Below are positions 24,401-38,118 of a stretch of DNA of 64,000 bases, in pieces. The notes beneath the pieces are model-generated. The model was given only the letters and a program-made list of their open reading frames with translations, did not search any database and was not told where the DNA came from. The DNA is from Monocercomonoides exilis PA203 (Eukaryota; Protista; Preaxostyla), in assembly GCA_001643675.2 (NCBI GenBank), contig LSRY02000018.1, positions 124,001-188,000 of the forward strand. Direction: 5' to 3'. A program made the position numbers and the translations under genes. Positions within the stretch are counted from its first letter, which is position 1. Every line of letters begins with the position of its first letter.

Positions 24401-24866
24401 TTTATTTCTGTTGATATTTTCATTTTTTTAATAATATTTTTAAGATCATAATAATTTTTTATTTTTTTAATTGAAATGAAATGAAAAAAAAAATCTAAAA
24501 ATAACATTTTAAACAAACAAAAGGTTTTATGCCCCATGTAACCCTCCAATTCCACACAGAAGTTCAATGAAGGGGCTAAACCCCCCCATCTCTCTCTCTC
24601 TCTCTCTCTCTCTCCCCATGTGAAATTGGGTTTGTTTCAAAATGTATTTATTTTTATCTGTTGAATTCATATATATACTTAAAAATCTTTAAAAATATGA
24701 AATTGTGGGAAAAGTTAATGATTAATTAAAAAAAAAGGTCAAGATAAAAAAAAAGGTCGAGATAAAATTATAACCCTATATCAAAAAAATTTAAACCAAA
24801 TAACTGATTTGAATGAAAACAGTTAGAGATTTCGTTGAAAGAATTACAATTGGTGCATTCTTTCAT
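21409..24866 (-). CDS. Lineage-specific alpha-helical protein, ~436 aa; exons 24866-24797, 22710-22220, 22158-21409
   Basis: The splice model keeps frame (70+491+750 nt = 437 codons). Intron 1 is GT..AG and contains the pogo element; intron 2 is GC..AG. The motif KEENEETQKEVEMALLALSNI...ELYLNEIKEIIKYHQ resembles an expanded oxymonad family (from recollection). Confidence 0.7.
22751..24776 (-). mobile_element. pogo/Fot1-like (Tc1/mariner superfamily) transposon, 2026 bp, TA TSD
   Basis: Ends are TA|GGGTTATTATTTTATCTTGACC ... GGTCGAGATAAAATTATAACCC|TA (20/22 match). A DDE_1 transposase lies inside. Confidence 0.92.
22831..24423 (-). pseudogene. DDE_1 (DD35D) transposase, 2 exons (24423-24088, 24042-22831), with one in-frame TGA
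   Basis: N-terminal GRP/HTH region, INIDES, GWM, LLDSH and QPLD, with 35 residues between D2 and D3. 45-nt GT-AG intron. Single stop at 23883-23881. Confidence 0.85.
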
Positions 24867-25439
24867 TCTTTTAATTGTTGAAAGTGTTCAATTTAATACG
24901 GCTCATCAATCCACACAATAATCGAAACCACAAACTTTGTTGGTTATCTCGCAAAATCAAAACGATATGTTGTTAATCCCAATTGCTTCACCACACAAAA
25001 ACTAGTCAAGAAATGGAAACGATAAAGAAAAAACTTGACTTGGCAGTGGCAGCCAAGATATGCCAATCTTTTGTTTCTTTTTGATCGAACCTATAATTAC
25101 TCAAAAATATGAAATGGAAAACGACTTTTGATTTGCAATGCTTCATGGAGCAACAATTTCCAAATCAGAAATACAGACGTGTATTTCAAACTGAAAACAG
25201 TGAACAATCTTAATTCTGGAATGGAGTGGATTTGTTGTTTTGAAATTGAAGAAAAAAATAATAACACTGCACAAAAGCTTGAATAATAAGTTTCTTTTCT
25301 TTTCTTTTTCTTTTTCTTTCTTTCTTTTTTCTTTTTCTTTTTTCTTTTATTTTTTTTGAAAATATTTTTATTGTTTGCATCTGTTTCTGGATGGCTCAAG
25401 GAGTGTGCTGAATCACAAAAGAATATGAAACCTTTCAAA

Positions 25440-28400
25440 TAATCAAATTGGGCTTGATGGAAAAGGTCCAAGACAAAATGCACAGCTTGCACAAACAACA
25501 TCAAACATCAAGAAAGAGATCGTTTGGTGAAAGTTGCTGTTCATCAGTTCCAAAAATGAGGCAGCCAAGTTCTTTGTTTGGTGGAGTGGGCAACAGAAGC
25601 TGATGTTCACTCCTTTTTTGTGACTCTTTTCAATCACTTTTTGAAAAGAAAATGCATTTGATTTCTGGTGAAGTGGAATGGAGAGAGGAAGATGGAGAAG
25701 TTGACTTTGGCAACTTGGATGAGAAAAGGAAACAAGGATGATGCTTTTGTGGATCAAATAAATCTGACAAGTGAATTTCCGATGGAATGAGTGAAAAGGG
25801 AAGCTGACATGTCTGTTCATCATTCATTATTCCTCTCAATCCAACAACAACAACAAAACGAATCAAAATGGAATGAAGTTCTGTTCTTTCCTATTTGCAT
25901 CCATTGCCATCTCAATTGCTGCAAAGATAAAATAAAAAAGGATATTTTTCACTGACTTAGACTTCTGTTCATCTGAGCTTCTGCTTCTTCTCCTTCCTCT
26001 CTCCCACCGGCCACACAAATTGCTGTTCGAGCAGAATCCCACAACACATCCCTTTCTCCATTAATATCCAGATCGATAGTGAAAGATGGCTGATCAACAT
26101 ATGCGTTTTGAGCAGCAGCATATACACATCCATTGCACACAGAGAAGCATCCACTATCACCAAGTTCTCCAAAATGCTATCATCCACCTCACACACACAT
26201 TTCAGAGTCTTTGAACACTTGAAGAAGATAAAGAGGAAGAATGAGGCGACTTATACATATTTCATTGGATCGAATCAAACAATTCTCCTTCATCATCGTC
26301 ATTTCAATCACAATAAAGTGAAGGAAAAGGAGAAAAAGGAGGAGAAGTCTTCTCAAGAGACAGCACAGGAAATGCTTCAGAGAGCAAAGATAACAATGCA
26401 GCTCCACAAAAAATTGTGTTTCATTCTTGCCTTTCTTCTCTCTCTCTCTCTGTCAACCCAATTGTCTGAATAAATTGCCTGCCACCACCAAAACTGCCTT
26501 TGTTGGCATTCGAGCAGCAGTTGATTTGTTTGAAGGGATCATTTTTTTTTCACTGCTCATGTATGTCACCTCTCCCAGTCGCAACAACAGCTGGCTGCCT
26601 CATTCACTTTCACTTTCTCTCTCCTCCCTCTTTTTCTCCTCCTTCCTCATCAGTCGCCCTATTTCTTGCACTCTTTCATCCTCTGCTGCCACAACATCCC
26701 TTCTTCTCATTCTTCTCTGCAACCTTCATCTCCATCAGCCCTCCCATCCTCTCCTCTTCATTTCCATCCACATCTCCATTTTCACAATCTCATCAATCAA
26801 CGCTGCAACATTCCCCTTTCAGTTGAGGCAGCGCCATCGACTGGATGCCCATGAACTTCATCAGCATCTCGTTCATCGAATTGCCACACTCTTCCCAAAC
26901 AAAATACACATCCATCCCAGACAGAACACACGGTGGTCTCACATCCTGTATCTCCGCCACATCCATAATCGCAAACTCCTGCAACATTGGGTGTGTCGCT
27001 CCCATCAGATACTCTGCTTCCCCGCACATCCCATTTGCAGATATTCGTTGTCTGTCCCGATGGCTGTTCTGGCAGATAACAGTGAAGCAAAAAAAGAAGA
27101 AATGTTCTGTTTCTCTTTTTGTGAGTTAAAGAAAAGATCAGCTGGAGGAGAATGATGTTTGACTGCTCTGAAAAAGGCATCTTCTTCGAGAGGCAAAATG
27201 GAAGAGCTGTTGAAAGAAGAAGAGGAAGAAGAGGAAGAAGTGGAGGAAGAGCCAGCTGTTTGTTGCTGCTTCTCTTTCATCCGAAGAAGCTCACTTCCAG
27301 AATGCGAAGGCAGTGTCATCGACAAAACTGGGTCTTCAACTGAATGCAACGAAGAGCGAGGGGAGGAGTGTGTCTTGTGCAGATGGGGAGATTGGAAAGA
27401 AGAAGAGGAAGAGGAAGAAGAAGAAACTGATGATGATGATGAAAAATGATTGATATCATCCCCACTGACCTGTCTATCTGTTCTTCTCCCTTCCTTTCCT
27501 TCTTTTCTTTCTTTTCCTCTGCCATTTTCAGATGGCGATGGAATGACAAGGCCAGACGAAGCTGAGGCAAGTCGCGAATACGATGTCAAAAACACAGAGT
27601 TTCTGTCAAAGGCTCTGTCTTCAGGTGCTTTTTGCCTCTTTCTGGATTCAAATTTGTTGGAATGTTGAGGAATCTGCCTCTTTTCATCGAAATCTCCCTG
27701 TTTCTGTTGTTTCTGTGAAAAGTCTGTTGCTTCACTCGTGTCTGCCTCATCCAGCCTGTCTTTCTCCTCTTTCCATCTTCTTTCCTCTTCCAGTCTGTCC
27801 TCAAATGCCATCCTTTCTCCCAACTGGCTGTCAAACCCAAACAGAAATGTCTTCTTTTCAGCTGACTTTTGTTCTGCCTCATGAAATTCTTCTTCTTCTT
27901 CTTCTTCTTCTTTTGTTTTGTCTGTTTCATCTTCCCCTCGAAATTCTTCCTTGTTTTCTGATGTCTCATATTGCATCTCATTTTCATTTTGAATTTCTTC
28001 TCATTTTCACAAGAAAAAAACTTCTCAATCTCTTTCTCTTTCTCTTCTCCAACCCCTTCATCATCTTCTTCTTCTCCTCCTCCTGTTGAATCATCCTTAT
28101 CGTCATCGTCGTCGTTTTCTTCTTCTGTTGTATCATCATTCAGCTCAGCAACCAATTCATCTTCGATGTTGCCTTCCCTTCTTGTCTGTTTCATCCCATC
28201 CTTTTTGGAATTGTCAACATTCTCATCTTTTGGATTCTTCTGCTGCTTCGAAGAATGCTCTTGTCCCAGCAAATCACATGTGGCTCTTCCTTTTCCATTC
28301 AGCGAATTCCTTCCTTCTTCTTTTTCTTTTTCTTTTTCTTCAATGTTAGGAGATTTCTGTGTCTTCTTCAACTCCTTCTGCTGTGCATGCTGCTGCTGCG

Positions 28401-28900
28401 GAGGTGAAGGCGAAAACGAAGGAGGGAAAAGAAATGAGTTAAATGGAGGGTATCCAAAAGGCACTGATGGACGATTGAATGGTTTTTGTTGTTTTCTGAA
28501 CTTGGTTGAAGAAGAAGAAGAAGAATGAAGAAGAAGTGGTATTTGAGGCTTTTCCTTCCATGTTGTTCAAATTGATGAAGATTTCATGAGAAAAAGAACG
28601 TGAAATTTGAGGAAGTAATATTTCTGTTGTTCAATGATTTTCTCTTTTCCTTTCCAGTGGAACTTTGTCGCATTCACAAATCAACAAACTCACTCAAATC
28701 TTCTCTTTTTCTTCGATTCCTTTTTTCTCATCCAAATCGATCTTTTTCCCTCTCTTATCCATCTCTTCACTTCCAAGCGATGTTGCTGCCTGTTCCCTTC
28801 TTCAATCATTATCAACATCAATTTCATTCCCACTCAGAATTGTCTCAGCCATTCAATCCAATCCTCAAGATCAGCATGAAATGAATAATTGTCCTTCCAT
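25440..28900 (-). other. Fragmented low-complexity hypothetical gene(s), probably spliced or pseudogenised
   Basis: Overlapping E/S-rich minus-strand ORFs (27586..28464, 27005..27976, 26793..27029) with frame changes and no recognisable domain. Confidence 0.35.
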
Positions 28901-29955
28901 CTGATTCTGCCTTTATGTGTGTTGTTTTCACATTTTGTTTTCCAAGGCTAATCACAATCTCTTTTCTTCAAAAGCCTTTCTCTGTTCTTCAATTATTCTC
29001 TGCCTTTCTTCCCAACTTGAAATAATATTCAACCAAACAAAAATCTGTCAATATTATTAAAAAAAACCTTAGGCTTTTGCCTCTAAACTTCCATTTGCCC
29101 TGAAAAGAACATGAAGATAAAATTAGATTGTGAAATCACCATTTGAAAAAAAAATCAAAAAGATGAAATATTCAAATCAAACAAACGATAAACACATATT
29201 CAATGAAAAAATATATTCCTTTCTGAAATGTCAAAGCCTTTCCAAAAAGTCTCTGTTTTTTGGCAATTTCATCTATTTGAAAACTCTCAAACGATAAATG
29301 TTGTGTCTCTTTCAGAAAAAAACACAAAAAATTTCAAAAAAGGAATAAAATAACCCACGTCACTCCATAAATAAAAAGAATTAACAAACCTCATTTATTT
29401 GAACAAGAATATCCATTTCATCCAAAACATCAATCAACAAATATCAATTTCATAAAAAACTCAATGAATCCGATGATAACAATGAAAAAATTCAAAAAAG
29501 ACAAACAAACACAAGGAAAAAATATGTGTGAAGAGCAGCAATATTTTCATCGCTCGGATCTCTTCTCTTCACTGGATAAATGAAAGTTAAATAAATAAAA
29601 TGAATTTCGGACTATTGTTTTCAAAGAAATTTGTTCATCCTGGTCATACGCTTTTAATTAAATTTTATTGCATCTCTGCAAAGTTTCATCGCATTTCTCT
29701 ATGAGAAAACAAAAAAATCAAAATGTCAATTATTTCGAACAATTCATTTTTTATTTTTCTCAGGATCGAACAAAAAAGAAATAAAAACATATCAAAAACT
29801 TATCATTATAAATTATAAATAATAGCAAATAAAATATCTCCAAGAACAAATAAAATAGAAAAAAAGAAATATTTTTTTTGTTGATTTGTGCCCATACTAA
29901 TAAAGCCAAAACGAAGAAAAAAAAGAAAGCGCCTTCTTTGTGTGGATTGATCCCC

Positions 29956-32900
29956 ATGCTGTCGGTAATATGTTTGCTTATTGGCATAATATGTGTGCAG
30001 TATCTGTGCATTGGCGCCACAAGTGCTGAGGCAGAGCAAGCAGAGAAATCAGCGAATGAACGAATTATTTATTATCTCAAGAACCCTTGGGAAGATATGC
30101 TCCAAAATGACGCAAATGATGGGAAATATACATGTGAAGTGTTTGCCGAAGGAAATGAAGATGGAAAGAAAGAAGCTGAGAAACAGATTAAAGGGATGAA
30201 TAATTGTTCAAAAATGCTGAATGAAGAGCAAAGCCGAATTGAGAAAAGAAATCCAGATGAGAAAATGAAAGAATCAATATTTTATGATGAGCAAAAAATA
30301 TGGGGAAAAGGAAGAAATTTTGGAGAGAGCATGATTGAAGGATGTTTGATTCTTCATAATTCATCGATGAAGCTCAAGTCATTGGGACTGAGGCAAAATG
30401 ATAGAGAAAATATTATCAAAGCAGGACATGGGAGCCATGTTGAATTGAATGATTGCGAAGTTGTGCCATTGAGTGAAACATCTCTATTTTGCTTGAGTGG
30501 AAGTTGTGGGCTGTTCACCAACATTTCACTCAGATCGTCTTCAACCACATTTTTGCAGACATTTCCTTCTCTGTTTTCTTCGAAAGCCTTGGAAGGGAAA
30601 TATTCTGGGAAATGTGTTGTTTCAGTGAGTTCTTCTCATTTCTCTTCTTTTTGTGTTTCCTCAGCGCCATTTCTCTCATCACCTTCTATTCCTCTTGTTT
30701 CACTCACTCATCTGTCATTTTTCAACATTTCAACAGCGACTTCAGAATGTTCGTCTTCGGCCACTTCCTTTTATCAAACATCATGTCTGATGAGCAGCTG
30801 CTCGTTCTCATCGGTTTGCGATGTTTATTATGGAGGGATTGTTCTCTCTTTGAACAACCCCTTGGCTTCCTTGACAGCTTCAAACACTTCATTCATCGGA
30901 TGTTATCGAACAAGAAATGCAAAATGTGAAGGAACTTCAGATGGAAAGTTGACTCCAGGGAGACAGAATACAACAGATAATGGAGATAATTCATTCATTT
31001 GGTGTGAATGGAACGGTTCAAAGGCTGATGTGAAATATGTTTCTTATGCAGACGGGAAATCGTGTGGAGGGGCAATTTATGTATTTAATAAGACATCAGG
31101 ATCACTTTCAGTCAAATATTGTTCATTGAACGACTGCTATGCAAACCATGCTGGAGGAGCAATCATGTGCTATTCAATAAATTCGATCAAGATCGAAAAT
31201 AACACATTCAATTCATGCACTGCTCAAAAAGATTATGGAGGAGGATTATATGCTTTTAATATTTCTTTATGCGTCAGAATAAGTGAATGTGAATTTCAGT
31301 ATTGCAAAGCACATCGAGCTGGTGGAGGACTTTATCTCGAATATTTTCAAATTTCAGGATCTAACTGTATTGGAGCAGAAAGTGGCAATGGGGAGAGTGC
31401 GTGTGTATTTGATTGCAGCTTCATTTCATGTGAGCTTGAATATGACTTTGGTGGAGGAATGTATTGCCCAGATATTCCAGTCACATTCAAAATGAGAAGC
31501 GTCCAGTTTATTTCATGTTTAGCAGTTTCAAATGGTGGAGGATTGAGAATTGGCACAGAGCAATCAACAGCTTTAAGTGACAAATATTATTGTTATTTCA
31601 TCTTCTTTCACAATTGCAGGTGCACTAATTCCACTCCATATGGCAACGATTTATCTTTTTCAGACAAGCGCAATCTCTTTTTTTCTTACAACCCATTCTA
31701 TGAATCCTATACAACGAATAACAATAACAGAAGAGTACATCGCCGATATTATAACGGAACCAGTTGGGTGGATCAGCACATAGAAAAAAAGGATTGGTTG
31801 AAGGAAGGGATGAAGGATCGGTATGTTGGGGTGAGAGGAAGCGACTCGAATGCTTTGTGCGGGATGAATGAATCTGCTCCTTGCCTCACAGTGGGGCATG
31901 CAGTGGAGTCGAGCATAGCGCAGCTGAGCACTTCAATCACAGTGCTGAGCGGGAATCATCAAAGCGAAATCTCAACAATTAACATCGAAGATAAGATAAT
32001 TTGTGTTGTGGGAAATGGAAGAGAGGAAAGTATGATTGGAACAAAATCACTTTCATTATCTTCAACAAAGCTGTTCAGTGTGACAAGCGGGCAGCTGGCG
32101 GTGGGGCATGTGGGAATCGATCACAACACAACAAGAGACTCTTCACCGAGTGTGTTTGTGGTGTCTGATGGAAGCGGATCACTTTCACTGGAGAATGTGG
32201 TGATCTTTTCAAGTGTTAATGGAGAGAAAGAAATATCAGCATCGATATTTGTGATGGCACTGTCTCAGTTGAGGATGAGTGATGTTGAGATAAAAAATAT
32301 GAAAATGAGCCAACCTCTGTTTGCAGAGCCATCAACAGAAGAATCTGTTCAAGGAGAGAGTATGTTAGTGAATGTGACAATTCGGAATGTGAATCGGACA
32401 ACAGAAGGAGATGGAGTGGTGATGGCAAAGAGTGTGAAGGGGGGAGAGACATTTGTGGTGTGGAACACAACGATTGAGGAATGTGAGTGTGTGAATGGAA
32501 ATGGAGGGGGAATCAAAGTGGAATTATTATCATCAACAAGCAAGGTTCTGATTGGAGATTCAATATCACACAGTGGAGGGACGACTTCGTTCAATCAATG
32601 CAAATGCAGGGGATATGGAGGAGGGGTGATGCTGAATCTGGCTGATGACTCATTTAACTTTGAGATCACAACAGTGAGTTTTGCTGGTTGTGCTGCAACA
32701 TTGGGAGGGAAGAATGTGTTTGTGGAAGCACAGGACTTGTCAGCTGTTATCAACAGCACTTCAATTGGATTCAATCCAGTTGTTGAGGTGAATAAAGCAG
32801 ATTTGAGTGAACTCAGTGGAAGAGAAAGAGGCAAGGCAGAGCTGATTGTTCCGCTTGTTGTGTTTTTTCGGGCATTTTCATCACCAGTATATGTGAGTGG

Positions 32901-35900
32901 GAGAGAACAAGGAAGTGAATTCAGACTGTGTGGATATGAAGATTACCCATGCAGAGGAATTGGGAATGTTGGAGAAGTTCAGTTTCCGAGTTAAAAGAGA
33001 ATGATCAGATTAACAAACACATTTTCATTTGACGAAGAAGTGAAGTTGAATGAGGAGTCATATGAGATTGATTCTTGTGACAAAGATGTTGGAATACAAA
33101 TCGAGGCAACAGGAACAAAAACGCAAGAAGCATTGGTGATGAACAGTGTTTCATCAACATTCACAGGGATATTGTTTGAATTGGGAGGATCGATTGGAGA
33201 GCGATCATCATTTATCCATTCTTCAGGAGGCACATTGAGATTTGCTGATTGCGGGATGAAGATGGGGAGTGGAGTGGATTCTGCGAATTATTCTTTTGTG
33301 AGTGCGAGTGGAGGGAAAGTGGAGATTGTTGAGATGAGTTGTGGAGGGAGTGTGGGAGAAGTGAGATTTGTGGGAAGTGTGATTGTTGTGAATGGGAGTT
33401 GTGAGTGTCTGATGGATGAGGTGATTATGAATCAGACAGGCACAGATGGAGCGAATGGGTTGATTGAGATTGCCACAAGCAGCTCAGCCACAATCCAGAA
33501 TTGCTCGATCACAAATTGTGATCTGCCAAACTGTGGAGCAATTCAGGTTGAAGAGTGTTCATCAAACACATTGAAGAACACCTCATTTGAGAACATCACG
33601 AGAGGGAAAGGAGATGGTGGAAGCCTTTGTGTGAGATCGAATGATGATGGAACGAAAGACACAATAAGAATTGAGAATTGCTCATTCACGTCAAGCAAGT
33701 TGAGTGAGAATGGAAAAGGAGGAGGAGGACTGTCTGTTTCGTTGGACAATCCATCTGAATTGTATGTTTCATCAACTAGATTTGAGAAGTGCTGTGCACC
33801 ATCAACGAGTGGATCTTCAGGGAAAGGAGGAGGGATGATGCTTTCTGTGGCAGATGGAGATGCAAAGTTTGAGTTGTCAGGAAATTTGATATTTGAGAGA
33901 AATGAAGCAGAATATGGGAGGAATATGTTCATTTTGGCAAATGATTTAAATACTTCTGTGACAAATGACTCATTCAAGTTCAATTATTTGACAATGAAAG
34001 ATGATAAAACATTGTTTGTGGGGAGTGATAATAATCATCAAGAAAAGGATTTGTTTATGTTCCTCATTCCATTCAGCTCAACTGAGATATTTATCTCATC
34101 GAGTGGATTTGATGTTGCGCGCTGTGGAAGTGAGAAGGAGCCATGCTTCACAATGTGGAAAGGGATGGAAAACATGAAAAAGGAGATTGGAAATAAAACA
34201 ATTCAGATTGAAGGATCAAGTGTTATTCAAGATTCATTCAACATGTCCAATTATCAGATCAAAAAAGCTTCTTCAATGGGAGAAGAGAATGAGAAAGCGA
34301 TATTGAGTTTTGAAAAGGCAGTTGGAAGTCAACTGGAATATTTCATGGGAAATGATATTCATCTTGAATTATCAAACATCCAACTGAAATTGGAATCTGG
34401 GTTTGACAACTCAGCCAAAACGATTATTTCCAACAAAAATGGAGAATTGGTGATAACTGGATGTTCATTCCATTCAGAAGCTGGAGTGAACAATGGATTT
34501 GATTGCGTGTTTGTGGATGTGATTGGAGGCAGTGTGGAAGTGAATGATCTGTCGATGGAATCATGCAATTTTGGAAACGGTATTTTTGCCATTCATGATG
34601 CTGGAATTACTTGCCATTTGGTGAATGTTCGAGTGGAATCGTTGAATGAAAGTGGAGGTTGCATTTTATCAGTCAAGAAATCTGAACCAGGATTGAGGAT
34701 AAATGAAGGGGGTGAAGAATGTGTAAATATAGAGATTGAGAAATCATCATTTTCAGGAGTGAAGAGAAGTGACAATGGAACAAGCATTTTGGAATCAAAG
34801 AGTGAGAATAAGATTTGTTTGGTGGTGAATGAGAGCAACATCACAGAAGACAAGGCAGAATCAAGTGAAAAAGGAGGGGCAATATTCTTCACATTGAGTG
34901 CATCAGGATCAATGAAGATGATTGACTCAACAATCAGTCATTGCAGCTGTCCCAATGGGAAAGGAGGAGGGGTGTATTTGGCAACAAAAGAAACAGGGTT
35001 TCTTGATTTCACATTTGTGGGAATGAAGTTCAGTTCAAATACAGCAAGAGTGGGAAATGACATATTCATCGAATGTTTCAACATCTCATCCCAGATCAAC
35101 GAAAACAAATTTCAGTTTGATCTCAGAGAAGGCCATTTCAATCGAGATAATGCAATATATGGAATTGATAGTTGTGATAGTCAAAATGATAAGGATCTGA
35201 TTGGGCTTGTGACGATTCATCAGAATGACACAATCATTGTGAGTCGTGTTAATGGATCGGATGAGAGGCAATGTGGAACAAACACACTTCCATGTTATTC
35301 AATTGATTATGGACTAATGCACCTGACATCTGAATATGTGAGTCTATTATATATTGAATCAGAGAGTGTGATTGGAAAGGAAATAAATCTGGAGGAGATG
35401 AGTCTGAGTTCAAAGAACAGAGAAAGGTGCAAAGTTGAAGTGAAATCAAGTATTGAAAAAACAAATGATGCTTTGATTTCAACAACAGGAACAGTCTCGT
35501 TGGTGAGAGTGGATTTTGTATTTGAATCAAATTTCATTTCTTCACATGAATCACTGATATCACCAAAAGGAGGCATTCTTGAAATAATAAATTGCTCATT
35601 TGACTCAAAGCAATCGAATGAAGAAGGAAATGCAGCTTTTGCGAGCATTCCATTTCACATTATTCGAATGGAAAAAGGAGAATTGCAACTTGATGGATGC
35701 ACTATATCAAATCTCATTCTTCATGAGTCGGCATTATATCTTTCATCACCACTTCCATCAGTAGTTGATTCATTAACGATTTGCAATTCAACGATTTCTC
35801 ATTCACTTATTAAAGTTTTTGAATGTGGATCGTTGACACTTTTAAATGTTAATACAGAAAATATCACAGTTGAAGGAAATGAAGAATCATTGATATCTTG

Positions 35901-38118
35901 CTTGGCAATGAAAAAGACGATGCAATTGGCAAATTGCACAATGGGAAAAGTGAGTTCAAAAACCACAAAAGGAAAATTGATGAAATTGGAGGATTGCACA
36001 GATGTGAAAATGAACAGTTGCATTTACGATGGGAGTTCAAAGGAAAGAAATGAACAATATTTGAATTCAGGAGAAGAGATGTGCAGATGGGATGGATCTC
36101 TTGTGGATGTTGTGAAGAGTTTTGTGTTGATGAAAGACGCAACAATCTCGAATTCACCAGATGGTGGAATAACAATGAATGGAGGAAATATGATTATTGA
36201 GAAAGGAGAATTTTTGAATAATAATCCATCAATTGAAGAATATCCATCATTGAGAAGGAATATCATCTGTTCAGATTCTGGAACATTGAATGTGATAAGT
36301 TTGAAAGGAGGAGATGGATTGGAAAGAAATACATCACTTTGGATGTTGAATGATGGGTGCAGTTTTGAAGGGATTGCTTCTGAGAGGGTTTCATCATTTT
36401 TCATTCCAGTGTTGAAAAGTGTGGAAGCAAAAGAAGAGACAGATAGAATGATGCTGATATTCGAAGGGATGCTTCTTGTTCCATGCAATCTGTCATTCTC
36501 GGTTGTGAAGAGAAAAGGTGAAGAGAAAGAGATTGAAAAACATGATTTTGATACAAATGGATTTTTGTCAGAAAGAGAAGTTGAGGGAAGTGTTGCAAAG
36601 GATCTCATCAGCAGTTGTGGAGATGATGTTGAGGTGAGTGTGTGCATTCTGTTTGGGAATGCAGAATCTCCTTCATCATCAAATTCATTCATTCTGAAGA
36701 ATGCAAGTGATCTCAAAGCAAATGGAGATGAAAGAATTGTTGAAGGAGGGAAAGAAGGAAAATCATTCTGGCCAATCATTGTGATTGTTTGTGTTGTGAT
36801 TGTTGTTGTACTGCTTGTAGTCATTATTATTCTTGTTGTTCGATGGAGAAAACAAAAGAGAAGAACAAAGGAATTGGAAGAGATAGTGAATGAAAACATC
36901 AAAAAGGATCCGAAGCTGATCGAGATGATGACGATGGAAATGACGCCAGAGGAGCAGTGGAGGAGAGCTGAGAGGGAGGCAGAGAAGAAAAATGAAGAGA
37001 GGATGAAGAAGAGAGTGTATACGAAAAGCTTGGGACATTCAGAGTCATCTGAGTATTTGCTGAGTGAGAGTGGCTCCACTGAATACATTCTTGGAAAGGA
37101 TTCAGAAAAGATACCTGAATGGATGCTGGAGAAAGTGGATGATGAGGAAGAAGATGATGTTTCAATGAAGCGAACACCATTGCGATCCATCTCATCGACT
37201 TCAGCCACATCAATCACAGACACAGGCACAACATTTGTTCGGGGAGAAGAACTGTGTCCCACCACGTCGTCGATGTCGAATCTGGTGGATGTGATGGCGT
37301 GTTCGTCTCCCCATGAGAAGCTGATTGTGGATTTGAGGGATTCGCTGTTCATGCTGTTGCATGGAAGGAACAAGACAAAAGAGATGGCGATAGGCACTCT
37401 GCAGGAGAGGGAGGTGACAGCTGCACAGATCCTGTTCTGGGTGGCGAACGGGGCACTTCACTCGTTTGATGAGATGGAAAACCCACTCCAATCGCTGGAC
37501 AATCTGAGTCCGCACATTGTGCTGTTCTCGGAGCACATGGTGATCAGCATTGCGCTCCACTCGGACTGCTCCTCTTCGGATGATTCAGACTCATCATCCA
37601 TCTCATCCACTTCAACGATTGCCACATCGTCATCAGACATTTCACTGATGAGCGAGAGGTTTGTGAAGTCGCCACCGCCATCATCAGCGTTTGAGGATTA
37701 TGCAGAGAACAGGAAGGAGTGCATGAGGTGGAAGGCGCCAGAGCTGATGGTGAACAAGAGTCTGGGGGCAACAAAAGAATCGGTGGTGTTCTCGATGGGG
37801 ATGATACTGTGGGAGTGCCTGAGGCTGGAGATCCCGTTTGGGGAGTATGAGGCAGGGGTGGCAGGAGAGAAGATTGCGAATGGGGAGAGGCCTGGGCTGG
37901 AGGGTGAAGAGTGTTGTGCATTCTTTGAGCTGCTGAAAGGGAGCATGGCTCGGGGGAGGAACGACCGGCCGAGGCTTGAAGAAATGAAAAGAGAGTTTGT
38001 TGGCCACTTTCCGAAAGACGCGCTGATCATGACATTGACAGATGCCATCAGAATTGAACGGGGCTTGAGCGGGAGCAGCAGTGGTGAAGAAAAGGATGGA
38101 AACGAAAATGGATGCTGA
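29956..38118 (+). CDS. Giant type-I membrane protein: signal peptide, GG[A/G]-repeat parallel beta-helix ectodomain, TM helix and degenerate kinase-like tail; interrupted by one in-frame TAA
   Basis: ORFs 29878..32994 and 33001..38118 share a frame. Hydrophobic N-terminus from ATG 29956; repeated GGAI/GGGL and CG....PC motifs; TM helix WPIIVIVCVVIVVVLLVVIIILVV followed by RWRK. Kinase C-lobe-like RWKAPE, FSMGMILWE, IPF and RP are present, but HRD and DFG are absent. Confidence 0.8.

Noticed and set aside
26793-27029. Possible kinase subdomain (VYFVWEECG)
   Set aside because: No other kinase motifs are recoverable from the neighbouring fragments.
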